Below, in pieces: positions 1 through 7,837 of a stretch of DNA of 64,000 nt; position 1 is the first letter of the stretch; each line of letters starts with the position of its first letter. The position numbers were made by a program, and so were the translations under genes. The notes under the pieces were generated by a model. The model saw only the letters and a list, made by a program, of their open reading frames with translations. It was not told the DNA's origin and did not search any database. Location: positions 44,272 to 108,271 of the forward strand of contig JAICSS010000003.1 in the NCBI GenBank assembly GCA_025936755.1. Direction: 5' to 3'. This DNA is from Solirubrobacterales bacterium. Lineage in GTDB: Bacteria > Actinomycetota > Thermoleophilia > Solirubrobacterales > 70-9.

Positions 1-21
1 CGGCGGCATTCAGTCTCATGA

Positions 22-462
22 TCACGCGGTGCCGGCGGCGGCGAGGCCCTCGGCGATTTCGGGGGCGGCGGCGTCGAGCTGCTCCTCCTGCTTGGCCCAG
101 GCCTCGGCGTTCCAGATCTCCAGGTACTCCCCCGCGCCGATGACGACGCAGTTGCCGTCGAGGCCGGCGTGGTCGATCAGCGGCTTGGGGACGCGGATGC
201 GGCCGGCGCTGTCGAGCTTCTCGTCGAAGGAGCCGCCGTGGAAGCGGCGGCGCAGGGCGCGGGCGTCGGCGCCGAAGGGGCTGTGCGGGGAGAGGAAGCG
301 GTCGGAGAGCTGCTCGAACTCGCCGGTGGTGTGCACCCAGACGCAGGGGTCGAAGCCCTTGGAGAGAACGATGCCGTCAGCGAGGGAAGCCCGAAAGCGA
401 GAAGGAACGGTGAGGCGGTCCTTGGAATCGAGGCTGTGCTCGTAGAGACCCCTGAACGCCAC
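22..462 (-). CDS. mraZ: Transcriptional regulator MraZ
   Basis: Two MraZ-type repeats: FRGLYEHSLDSKDRLTVPSRFR and FHGGSFDEKLDSAGRIRVPKPL. GTG at 460-462 gives a canonical N-terminus. The ORF-track ATG at 579 would add 39 non-homologous residues. Confidence 0.85.
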   Translation of the reverse strand: MAFRGLYEHSLDSKDRLTVPSRFRASLADGIVLSKGFDPCVWVHTTGEFEQLSDRFLSPHSPFGADARALRRRFHGGSFDEKLDSAGRIRVPKPLIDHAGLDGNCVVIGAGEYLEIWNAEAWAKQEEQLDAAAPEIAEGLAAAGTA

Positions 463-564
463 TGTGGCGAAGTCCTTTCTAAGCGGGAAGAGCCGGAAAG
501 AGTTGGACCGGGGTGATGAGGTGGGAGGAGCCTCACCACCCCGGTCCTGGGCTTCAACTCGATC

Positions 565-589
565 GCCACAATAACCCACTCTCCCCCAC
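565..589 (-). promoter_or_regulatory. Candidate MraZ operator: three GTGG(G/C) repeats at 10-bp phasing
   Basis: Minus strand reads GTGGGGGAGAGTGGGTTATTGTGGC. Plus-strand copies are at 565-569, 575-579 and 585-589, about 100 nt upstream of the mraZ start. Confidence 0.4.
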
Positions 590-694
590 TTTGCAACACA
601 ACCCCCCGCTGCAACCCCGTTTGCATCCCCTCCCAGCGCTCTCCTGTTCCTTTTTGTTGCCCGCCCACGAAAAGGAACAGGCCGCAGGGCGCTT

Positions 695-1429
695 CTAGAA
701 GCCGACCAGCAGCTTGCCGGCGTTGGCGATCAGGCCGGCGCCGATCATCAGCAGGACCGAGGGGACGAGGACCAGGGCGACGACGAGCTGGATCTTCGGC
801 GCGGCGCGGGCGGCGCGCTCCTCGGTCGCGCGGCGGCTGTCCCGGCGCAGCGCGGTCGCCTGGCGGCGGAGCTGGTCCGCCAGCGGCGAGCCGAACCGGC
901 GCGAGCGTTCGATCGCCGCCACCAGCGTCGCCAGCTCGCCGCCCGGCACGCGCCGTCGCAGCGATTCGAGGGCGGCGCCGAGAGGGACGCCGCAGGAGAT
1001 CTCGGCCACGGTCAGGCGCAGCTCCTCGGCCAGCGGCCCCTCCCCCGCCCGCGCCAGCTGCTCGATCCCGGCGGCCGGATCGCGGCCCGAAGCGGCGCTG
1101 ACCGCGAGCAGGTCCAGAGCGTCGGGCAGTGCGGCGATCAGGCGGCGATGGCGCCGGCGCGCCCGGCGCTGGCGGAGGACGTCGGGAGCGAGGAACCCGG
1201 CGAGGGGCAGGCCGAAGGCGACGAGCCAGGCGCTGCGCCCCGGAGCGGCCGGCGCCGCCAGCAGCGCGGTGGCAGTGCCGAGGAGGGCGCCGAGCAGCTT
1301 CCGCGGCAGCAGCGCCGGGACTTGCAGACGCGCCCCAAGGCCCGCGGCGATGCCTCCCAGCGGCAGCTCCCGCGCCGCCGCCGCTCCGAACAGCACCGCG
1401 ACCGCGGCGAGCAGGCCCGCCCCGCTCAC
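695..1429 (-). CDS. tadC: Tad/Flp pilus assembly membrane protein, T2SS-F domain (TadC-like)
   Basis: Polytopic membrane protein with the C-terminal helix IQLVVALVLVPSVLLMIGAGLI typical of TadB/TadC. Start overlaps the stop of the upstream tadB-like gene. Sits in an operon with cpaF. Confidence 0.7.
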   Translation of the reverse strand: MSGAGLLAAVAVLFGAAAARELPLGGIAAGLGARLQVPALLPRKLLGALLGTATALLAAPAAPGRSAWLVAFGLPLAGFLAPDVLRQRRARRRHRRLIAALPDALDLLAVSAASGRDPAAGIEQLARAGEGPLAEELRLTVAEISCGVPLGAALESLRRRVPGGELATLVAAIERSRRFGSPLADQLRRQATALRRDSRRATEERAARAAPKIQLVVALVLVPSVLLMIGAGLIANAGKLLVGF

Positions 1430-2268
1430 TCGACCACCTGGGAGAAGCGGCGGATCGCGAAGAAGCCGGCGACCTGCAGGGCGGCGGCAAGGGCAAGCAG
1501 CACCGCGGCGGCCGGCGAAGCCAGCAGCGTGGCGAGGAATCCGGGCTGCAGCAGCTCGGCGAAGAGGGCGCCGCCGGTGGGCATCGCCACCACCAGGAGG
1601 CCGGTGAAGCGGGCCTGCGCGGTCGCCGAGCGAGCGTCTTCGGCGACCCGCTCGCGCTCCGCGGCCCCGTCGGCGAAGCGGCGCAGGAGGCTGGCGAGGT
1701 CGCCACCGGCGAGGCGCTGGCTGAGTAGCGCGGCGGCGAAGGCGTCGACGCGCTCCGAGCGCATCCGCCGGCGCCAGGCTGCGAGCGCCTCGCCGGTGGC
1801 GGCGCCGAGCTCGAGCTCGCCCGCGAGCCGGGCCAGCTCCCGCGCCGGCGGGCCGTCCAGCGAGGCGACCGCGGCCGCGAGCGAGGCGCGCAGGGAGCGC
1901 CCGGCGCTGAGGGAGTCGGCGATCGCCGTCGCCACTTCCGGCAGCGAGCGCTCGACCGCGCGGCGGTAACGCCGCCGGCGGCTGCCGATCGCCCAGCCGA
2001 CGCCCGCCGGCCCGGCGACCGCCAGCGGCAGCGCCAGCGCCGGGCCGCCGAGGAACCAGCCCCCGGCGATCGCGGCGCCGGCGCCGAGCAGGGCCAGCCG
2101 GCGCCGCTCCAGCGTCGAGGGCGCGTATCCCTCCTCGCCGGCGCGGCGCAACGGCTCCAGCGCGAAGCGGAGCCAGCGCGCCGCCTCCGGGCTCGCCAGC
2201 AGCGCCTCGCGCACCGCCAGCGCGCCCAGCCCGCCGGCGGCCGCCGCGATCAGGACCGGCAGGATCAA
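1426..2268 (-). CDS. tadB: Tad/Flp pilus assembly membrane protein, T2SS-F domain (TadB-like)
   Basis: Membrane protein paralogous in layout to the downstream gene. 4-nt overlap with the cpaF stop. High-GC3 coding frame. Confidence 0.7.
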   Translation of the reverse strand: MILPVLIAAAAGGLGALAVREALLASPEAARWLRFALEPLRRAGEEGYAPSTLERRRLALLGAGAAIAGGWFLGGPALALPLAVAGPAGVGWAIGSRRRRYRRAVERSLPEVATAIADSLSAGRSLRASLAAAVASLDGPPARELARLAGELELGAATGEALAAWRRRMRSERVDAFAAALLSQRLAGGDLASLLRRFADGAAERERVAEDARSATAQARFTGLLVVAMPTGGALFAELLQPGFLATLLASPAAAVLLALAAALQVAGFFAIRRFSQVVE

Positions 2269-3353
2269 GGGGCCTCGGCGATCTCGGTCACCCGGCGCGA
2301 TCCGTCGGCGCCGCGCTCCAGGTGGACGACGAGGTCGATCCCCCGCCGCACCTGCTCGGTCACCGCGGAGTGCGGCAGCCCCACGCCCGCCATCAGGACA
2401 AGGGTCTCCAGCCGGCGGAGGGCGTCGGCGGGAGAGTTGGCGTGGATCGTCGAGAGGGCCCCCTCGTGACCGGTGTTGAGGGCGGTCAGGAGATCGAGCG
2501 CCTCGACTCCCCGCACCTCGCCGATCACGATCCGGTCCGGCCGCATCCGCAGCGCGTTCCGCAGCAGGTCGCGGATCGTCACCTCGCCGCGGCCCTCGAT
2601 TCCGGCTGGCCGGCTCTCGAGGCGGACGACGTGGGGCTGCCGCAGCCGCAGCTCGGCTGCGTCCTCGATCGTCACCACCCGCTCCGCCGGGGCGATGAAG
2701 CCGGAGAGCGCGTTCAGCAGCGTCGTCTTCCCCGAGCCGGTGCCGCCGCTGACGAGGACGCTGCGGCGCCCCGCCACCGCCGCGGCGAGCAGGTCCCGCT
2801 GCGCCGCCGCCAGCGTCCCCAGCGCGACCAGCTCGTCGGGGCCGGGCCGGTCGGCGCCGAAGCGGCGGATCGAGAGCGACGGACCGTCGATCGCCAGCGG
2901 CGGGATCACGACGTTGACCCGGGAGCCGTCGGCGAGGCGGGCGTCGACCATCGGACTCAGCTCGTCGACCCGGCGGCCGAGCGGGGCGAGGATGCGCTCG
3001 ATCGCGTTCCTCAGCTCCTCCTCGCCCTCGAAGGCGACGTCGGTCGCTTCCAGCAGGCCCCGCCGCTCTACGTAGACGCGGTCGGGCCCGTTGACCATCA
3101 CCTCCTCCACCGCAGGGTCGGCGAGCAGCACCTCGAGCGGCCCCAGCCCGACGCTGTCGCGGACGATCCGCTCGACCACCTGTTCGCGCTCGGCCCGCGG
3201 CAGCACCGCGGCGTGCCCCTCGACCACCTCGCGGGCGGTCTCGGCCAGCTCCTCCCCGCCGGGCCCTCCGGCGGCGGCGGCGCGGCGGCGCTCGACGATC
3301 CGCGCCCTCAGCCCCGCCGCCAGCTCGGCGATGTCCCGCTCCCGCGCCGCCAT
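2265..3353 (-). CDS. cpaF: Tad pilus secretion ATPase CpaF/TadA
   Basis: Walker A GGTGSGKTTLLNAL and VVTIEDAAELRL with the GEVRG Asp/His-box region. ATG at 3351-3353 forms an ATGA overlap with the cpaB stop. The upstream 306 codons of the 668-aa ORF are Arg/Pro junk. Confidence 0.9.
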   Translation of the reverse strand: MAARERDIAELAAGLRARIVERRRAAAAGGPGGEELAETAREVVEGHAAVLPRAEREQVVERIVRDSVGLGPLEVLLADPAVEEVMVNGPDRVYVERRGLLEATDVAFEGEEELRNAIERILAPLGRRVDELSPMVDARLADGSRVNVVIPPLAIDGPSLSIRRFGADRPGPDELVALGTLAAAQRDLLAAAVAGRRSVLVSGGTGSGKTTLLNALSGFIAPAERVVTIEDAAELRLRQPHVVRLESRPAGIEGRGEVTIRDLLRNALRMRPDRIVIGEVRGVEALDLLTALNTGHEGALSTIHANSPADALRRLETLVLMAGVGLPHSAVTEQVRRGIDLVVHLERGADGSRRVTEIAEAP

Positions 3354-3997
3354 CAGCGCGGGATCACGGTGACGCTGCGGGCGAAGCTCTGGGCGGCGAT
3401 CAGGCGCAGCGCCTGCGGTCGGGTCAGGCCGAGGGTCGCGGTGGCTTCCCCCTGACCGCCTTCGCCGCCTGGCGTCAGCGCCAGCAGCGGGACCGCCGAC
3501 GCGGCGACGTAGGTGCGGCCGTCGCCGGATCCGCTCGGTTCGGCGGTGACGACGACGTCGACCCTGGAGCCGACCGGCTGGGCGCCGAAGGCGGAGAGGG
3601 CGCCGGCGCCCTCGACGAGGATCTCCACCGGGCGCCGGCCCCTTGCGAGGGCGCCGTCGGCGCGGGGCGGCTGCGCGGTACGCAGAAGGGTGGCGAGCAC
3701 ATAGGAGCCGCGCGGGATCGCGACGGTCGGGGTCAGGCCCACCGCTTCCCGCGGCGAGGCGAGGGCGCCGGGCGGGGCGAAGCGGATCGGCACCCGCCGC
3801 ACCTCCATGTCTTCGGCGGCGACGCGCGGGTCGATTGCCGTTCCAGCCTGCAGCTCGCCGGCGGCGATCAGCACCGGTCGCAGCTCCCCGTAGCCCCTGA
3901 CCACACTGTCTCCATAGCCGTCGGCGATCGCCGCCGCCGCTGCCGCGGCCAGAGTCGCCGCGAGCAGGAAGGCGACGGCGCGGCCGCGCCGGCTCAT
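3353..3997 (-). CDS. cpaB: Flp pilus assembly protein CpaB (SAF/RcpC-type)
   Basis: N-terminal TM segment AVAFLLAATLAAAAAAAI followed by a SAF-like beta region, and positioned directly upstream of cpaF. ATG at 3995-3997 overlaps the kinase stop (ATGA). Confidence 0.7.
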   Translation of the reverse strand: MSRRGRAVAFLLAATLAAAAAAAIADGYGDSVVRGYGELRPVLIAAGELQAGTAIDPRVAAEDMEVRRVPIRFAPPGALASPREAVGLTPTVAIPRGSYVLATLLRTAQPPRADGALARGRRPVEILVEGAGALSAFGAQPVGSRVDVVVTAEPSGSGDGRTYVAASAVPLLALTPGGEGGQGEATATLGLTRPQALRLIAAQSFARSVTVIPR

Positions 3998-4707
3998 CGG
4001 CTCGCCCCCGCCAGCGGCAGCTCGAGACGGGCCTCGGTGCCCTCGGCGGACCGGCGCAGGCGGTAGCTGCCGCCGCACCTCGCCGCCAGCCGCCGCACGA
4101 TCCGCAGGCCATGGCCGTGACGGTCGCGCCCGGCGGTCCGGATCGCGCGCAGCATCCGGCGGCGCCGGGGACCGGCCCCGCCGCAGCCGCCGTCTCTGAC
4201 GACGAGATGGAGGCGATCGCCTGCTTCGCCGATCTCGACGACCACGGCATCGCGCCCGTGCACCAGCGCATTGCTGATCAAGTTGTCCAGCGCCTGCCCA
4301 AGCTCCGCCGGCGGGGTTTGGAGAACCGGTTCGCCCGCTCTCCACTCGAGGCTGACGGAGCGGTCGAGGGCCTCGGCGGGACGGCGCCACCGCTCCATCG
4401 CCGACTCGACCGCCGGCCTCAGCGATACCGGCCCGGCCGGCGCTTCCAGCGGCCCGCCGTTGATCTCCCGGTCGAGCCTCTCGACGGCGGCGACGGCCAT
4501 CAGCAGGCATGCCCCCGCGGGCTCGCTCTCCGATCCGTCCGCCGGCAGCGACAGCGCCAAGCCCTGCAGCGGCCGGCGAAGCTCGTGCATCGCCTCGTTC
4601 AGCGAGGACCGCCGCCGCCCCTCCCGCAGCGCGGTGATCCCAGTCGCCATCGCAAAGGAAGCGGCAACCGGCAGCCCGCCGGCCAGCTCCGACAGCTCCA
4701 AGGGCAT
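3994..4707 (-). CDS. Minimal sensor histidine kinase (one TM segment, HisKA plus HATPase_c)
   Basis: H-box MHELRRPLQGL, N-box LDNLISNALVHG, G-box HGHGLRIVRRLA. Only about 30 residues, containing one hydrophobic segment, precede the H-box. Confidence 0.8.
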   Translation of the reverse strand: MPLELSELAGGLPVAASFAMATGITALREGRRRSSLNEAMHELRRPLQGLALSLPADGSESEPAGACLLMAVAAVERLDREINGGPLEAPAGPVSLRPAVESAMERWRRPAEALDRSVSLEWRAGEPVLQTPPAELGQALDNLISNALVHGRDAVVVEIGEAGDRLHLVVRDGGCGGAGPRRRRMLRAIRTAGRDRHGHGLRIVRRLAARCGGSYRLRRSAEGTEARLELPLAGASR

Positions 4708-5074
4708 CTCAGCCGCCGTCCTGGGATCGGTTCATGGGGGACTAAGGGGCGAGCACCGCCCTTCTCTCCCCCTCGACGGCGAGCGCAGCTCCCAAAACGC
4801 GACCTTTCCGTCGCCTCGCAGCGCACCCGCTCCCGACCCGGGCTCGGCCAGGCGCATCGAGGGGGCGGGCGCAACCGGGGAAGACCGTTGCCCCGGGGAC
4901 ATAAGTGCCCGAATTTGACAGCGACTGCAACCGAGTAAAGCGGTCGATCTCTTTTACTGCATGTTTTCCTATCGAGATTGGTTCCGACGGACCGTTTTGG
5001 AATACTTGTCTAGTAACTCGGGCGTTCTGCCACCAACGTCTCCCCCGTCCGGGTGAAGAAACGGAGGTCCTCCC

Positions 5075-5674
5075 TTGCCACAGTCCCGCACGTCACCAGA
5101 GGGCATTACGCAGCAGCTTGCGAAGGCCCTTGCCCACCCCCTACGGGTTCGCATCCTCAGCTCCCTGCACAAAGGGATCTCGAGTCCGAACCAGCTCGCC
5201 CAGGAGCTCGGCGAGCCGCTGGGCAACGTCAGCTACCACGTCAAAACCCTGCTCGAGTACGACTGCGTCGAACTGGTCAAAACCGAGCCGCGGCGCGGCG
5301 CCGTCGAGCATTTCTACCGCGCCACCGACCGCGCCTTCCTCAGCGACTCGGACTGGGGCAAGATCCCGGCCTCCGCCCGCAAAGGCATCTCCGGCTCGAT
5401 CCTCGAGTCGATCGGCCAGAGCGCGACCGAGGCGATGGCCGAGGGGACGATCGAGGGCCGCAAGGACTCCCACCTCTCCGACACGCCGCTCCTGCTCGAC
5501 GAGCAGGGCTGGAAGGACCTCAACAAGGTCCTCGCCGACGCGGTGAAGAAGTCCGCCGAGATCCAGAAGGAAGCCGCCACGCGCCTCGACAGCAAGGCCG
5601 ACGGCATCCCGACCAAGCTGGCGATCATGCACTTCGAGGTCCCGGCCGCGAAGAAGGCCAAAGCGAAGAAGTAG
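5075..5674 (+). CDS. ArsR-like winged-helix regulator with a conserved C-terminal extension (paralogue family)
   Basis: LAHPLRVRILSSL...NVSYHVKTLLEYDCVELV wHTH. C-terminal DEQGWKDL...IPTKLAIMHFEVP matches 27452-28699 and 41074-41691. TTG start with GGAGG 6 nt upstream. Confidence 0.75.
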   Translation: MPQSRTSPEGITQQLAKALAHPLRVRILSSLHKGISSPNQLAQELGEPLGNVSYHVKTLLEYDCVELVKTEPRRGAVEHFYRATDRAFLSDSDWGKIPASARKGISGSILESIGQSATEAMAEGTIEGRKDSHLSDTPLLLDEQGWKDLNKVLADAVKKSAEIQKEAATRLDSKADGIPTKLAIMHFEVPAAKKAKAKK

Positions 5675-5683
5675 AGCCTTATC

Positions 5684-5712
5684 GACGCCCCCGCGAGGCA
5701 CGCGGGGGCGTC
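5684..5712. terminator. Bidirectional stem-loop between convergent genes
   Basis: Perfect 12-bp stem GACGCCCCCGCG / CGCGGGGGCGTC with a 5-nt loop, lying between the stops at 5674 and 5726. Confidence 0.5.
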
Positions 5713-5725
5713 GCCTTCATCTCCG

Positions 5726-6095
5726 CTAGCCGTCGACCAGGCGGTAGCCGATGCCCCAGCAGTTGACAACGAAGCGGTTGCCCTCGGGGTCGAGTTTGAG
5801 GCGCAGGCGGCTGGCGTGGGAGTCGAGGGTGCGGGTCTTGGAAGGGCCGCGGTAGGCCCAGACCGCATCCAGGAGCTCTTCCTTCGTATAGACCCGGAGG
5901 GGATCCGAGGCGAGGACGCGGAGGAGGGCGAACTCCTTCTTCGCGAGGTGGACCTCGCGATCGCCCACCGTGACCCGGCGGCGCAGCGGGTCGATCACGA
6001 GATCGCCGACGCGGGTGGGCCCTTCGTTGGGTTCCGTGCGGCGCCTGAGGACGGCGCCGATGCGGGCGCGCAGCTCGCCGTAGACGAACGGCTTG
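5726..6095 (-). pseudogene. OmpR-family response regulator, 3' fragment (end of receiver plus winged-helix DNA-binding domain), cut off by the integrated element
   Basis: Begins ...KPFVYGELRARIGAVLRRR, then a Trans_reg_C domain (LAKKEFALLRVL, RTLDSHASRLRLKL, VNCWGIGYRLV). It has no receiver domain of its own. The TTG start in the ORF track lies in element DNA. Confidence 0.85.
6087..6095. repeat. attL crossover core
   Basis: AACGGCTTG, identical to 11787-11795. The bases immediately flanking each copy differ. Confidence 0.8.
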
Positions 6096-6098
6096 CCT

Positions 6099-6149
6099 TT
6101 CAATCATTTGTTTGGCCCCATCCCAATCAGCGACCCAGAGCCAAAATAA
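6099..6149 (+). repeat. Copy 1 of a 51-nt repeat that would encode the alternative recombinase C-terminus after excision
   Basis: In frame with the recombinase across a reconstructed attP: ...NGL PFNHLFGPIPISDPEPK stop. About 80% identical to 7082-7132. Confidence 0.7.
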
Positions 6150-6225
6150 GCTGCTCGTAGCTCCTGCCTCGCACAATGCGGAAGTCCCCGGTCGCTTGGG
6201 CGAGTCGCAACGGTAGCCTCGCCGA

Positions 6226-7068
6226 GTGGCTAGCGACCGCTTTGAATTCCCCGAGACGTTCGATTCCGAACTTGAGATCGGCGACCTGCCCGGCAACAAG
6301 GCGTTCTTCGGCCGCGATGTTCTCGGCGGACTGGTCGGCGGTATCGACGACTACATGCGCCAGCGCCAGGAGCGGTGGAGGCGGCGAGGGTATCGGTCGA
6401 TGGGGCCGGGCCTCCTTGGCACGGCTATGTGGATGGACGATCCCGAGTTCATCGACAAGCTGACCGAACTCTCAGGAGCCTGCGTGGTCGTCACGAAGCA
6501 ACCGAGATCGAAGCGGGACCTTGAGAAGTTCGAGCGCCTGGCGGCACTTAACGAGCAAACCCCAGGGCTTCGCGTCGCAGCGTTCCCCGCCCTCAGCGAC
6601 CTTGCACCCAAGGTAGACGGCAAGCCCCGACTCGTCGGACCATACGACCAAATCGGCGAGGATTCGATACCTACCATCCGCGCGCTCGGATTCCGGCGCA
6701 AGGGGAACCCGCTCGTTCCGATCATGCACGCCAAGCTGGCGATCCTCGGCGAGTTCTGGTGGTACGACGAAGGGGCTCTCGGCGAGGTTGGCGACTTCTA
6801 CGGCTTCACTCCGGCGCGGCTGTGGGTCTCTTCAGCGAACTTCACCCGCCAGTCCCGGCGAAGCCTTGAGTTCGGCTACTGGACCGAGAATGAGGGACTC
6901 CGCGAAGCGGCTTATAGATTCGTTCTGCAGGCGATTCGGTTTTCGGAGTCGCTGGATTCCGCTGCGGACGCGCTTGATCCTGAGTTTGTACCGATCGAGT
7001 TCGATGACGCCGCCATGCTCGAAGCGATCGCCGACATGGAGTTCGAGGACGAGGACTTGGACGAGTAA
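6226..7068 (+). CDS. PLD-superfamily (single HKD-like) putative nuclease with an acidic C-terminal tail
   Basis: IMHAKLAILG (HxK) followed, after an insert, by LWVSSANFT (GSxN-like). Tail is EFEDEDLDE. Only one HKD-like motif, so a dimer would be needed as in Nuc/BfiI. Confidence 0.55.
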   Translation: MASDRFEFPETFDSELEIGDLPGNKAFFGRDVLGGLVGGIDDYMRQRQERWRRRGYRSMGPGLLGTAMWMDDPEFIDKLTELSGACVVVTKQPRSKRDLEKFERLAALNEQTPGLRVAAFPALSDLAPKVDGKPRLVGPYDQIGEDSIPTIRALGFRRKGNPLVPIMHAKLAILGEFWWYDEGALGEVGDFYGFTPARLWVSSANFTRQSRRSLEFGYWTENEGLREAAYRFVLQAIRFSESLDSAADALDPEFVPIEFDDAAMLEAIADMEFEDEDLDE

Positions 7069-7081
7069 TGCGCCCTCGTCC

Positions 7082-7132
7082 TTCTGGCAATTGTTTGGAC
7101 CGATCCCAATCAGCAACGCAGAGCCGAAATAG
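7082..7132 (+). repeat. Copy 2 of the recombinase-tail repeat (relic)
   Basis: Would encode FWQLFGPIPISNAEPK stop. From TTG onward it differs from copy 1 at 6 positions: 3 synonymous, 1 stop-to-stop, 2 non-synonymous. Confidence 0.65.
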
Positions 7133-7248
7133 GCCGCTTTAGGCAGATTCCCCGAATCTGCCTACACCTCCCTTCCTTCCTTTACTCACCCATCAAGCAA
7201 ACCGAGGCCCCTCCGGTGGGGGGGGAAGTTCTCCGCTTCCTCCACGCT

Positions 7249-7283
7249 GTTGGTCCCATGCCGTGACCTAAAGGCAGAAAGAC
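7249..7283. repeat. Left copy of a 35-bp inverted repeat
   Basis: GTTGGTCCCATGCCGTGACCTAAAGGCAGAAAGAC equals the reverse complement of 9683-9717 at 34 of 35 positions. Confidence 0.85.
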
Positions 7284-7302
7284 CTCCGGTCCCTCGTAAA
7301 CC

Positions 7303-7432
7303 CCGAAGCCGCCTCGCTTCCCTGGGCCCCCGCGCTCCTTGCATCTGACCCCGGTCGATCACGAATAGTGAGCGGGTGGGGTCAGATGCAAGGAGCGCCC
7401 TCATTTGGCCCAGGGAAGCGAGGCGGCTTCGG
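7303..7432. repeat. 130-nt long imperfect palindrome (21-bp plus 26-bp perfect stems)
   Basis: Left arm 7303-7352 pairs with right arm 7378-7432. Inner stem GCGCTCCTTGCATCTGACCCC / GGGGTCAGATGCAAGGAGCGC. Outer stem CCGAAGCCGCCTCGCTTCCCTGGGCC / GGCCCAGGGAAGCGAGGCGGCTTCGG. Confidence 0.85.
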
Positions 7433-7519
7433 ACGCTGCAATCGCAGCCCTGTTCGCAGCCTCCCGCGCTTCTTGAAATGCAACCCCGAAAAGTGGCCGA
7501 GCTCCAATAGGCTGCGCCG

Positions 7520-7723
7520 ATGCCCGAGGACGCGAAACGCCAGGCTGCCGCCGAAGCTGTGAAGGCAGTTCAGAAGGAGTTCCTGCGGCAGACGTCCGAA
7601 GCTCGGGCGACTCGCCGCAAGGTCTTCAAAGAAGCTAGGGAGGCGGGGTTGAACCTGCGGGAGATTGGCGAGTTGGCCGGTATCCATCACACGACGGTCG
7701 GCGAAATCATTCGGGGAGGATGA
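7520..7723 (+). CDS. Small helix-turn-helix protein (candidate regulator or recombination directionality factor)
   Basis: 67 aa. C-terminal LNLREIGELAGIHHTTVGEIIRGG resembles a Hin/resolvase-type HTH. Lies inside the element. Confidence 0.55.
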   Translation: MPEDAKRQAAAEAVKAVQKEFLRQTSEARATRRKVFKEAREAGLNLREIGELAGIHHTTVGEIIRGG

Positions 7724-7837
7724 TTTTGGAGGGTTAACCCTCCAAAGCTGCTACGGTAGCGGCGACCAAGAGAAGCGGCCCCCGGCGGTGCGGAAACACC
7801 AACCGGGAGCCTGACCACAAGGAGATGCATCCTCCTC

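Noticed and set aside
177-1706. 509-aa minus-strand ORF, and many similar long ORFs (for example 16204-17775, 21628-22869, 34554-36674, 37306-39780, 50981-53032, 53170-55305)
   Set aside because: They are extremely Arg/Pro/Gly/Ala-rich, have no motifs, and overlap genes with clear family signatures in another frame or on the other strand. These are typical stop-poor shadow frames of 70% GC DNA.
3354-4271. N-terminal 306 residues of the 668-aa cpaF ORF, and the analogous extension of the cpaB ORF to 4510
   Set aside because: The extensions are low-complexity Arg/Pro sequence that overlaps the real cpaB and kinase genes. Internal ATGs at 3353 and 3997 form ATGA overlaps with the upstream stops and give normal-length proteins.
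4708-5074. Flp pilin gene expected near a Tad operon
   Set aside because: No small ORF with a G-(A/T)-x-x-x-E-Y type Flp leader and hydrophobic core was seen in the spacer upstream of the kinase. The pilin gene is probably elsewhere.
7186-7690. Minus-strand ORFs 7186-7404 and 7382-7690 inside the element
   Set aside because: They run through the two arms of the 130-nt palindrome and the inverted repeat, so the open frames are a by-product of the symmetry. There are no motifs and composition is poor.
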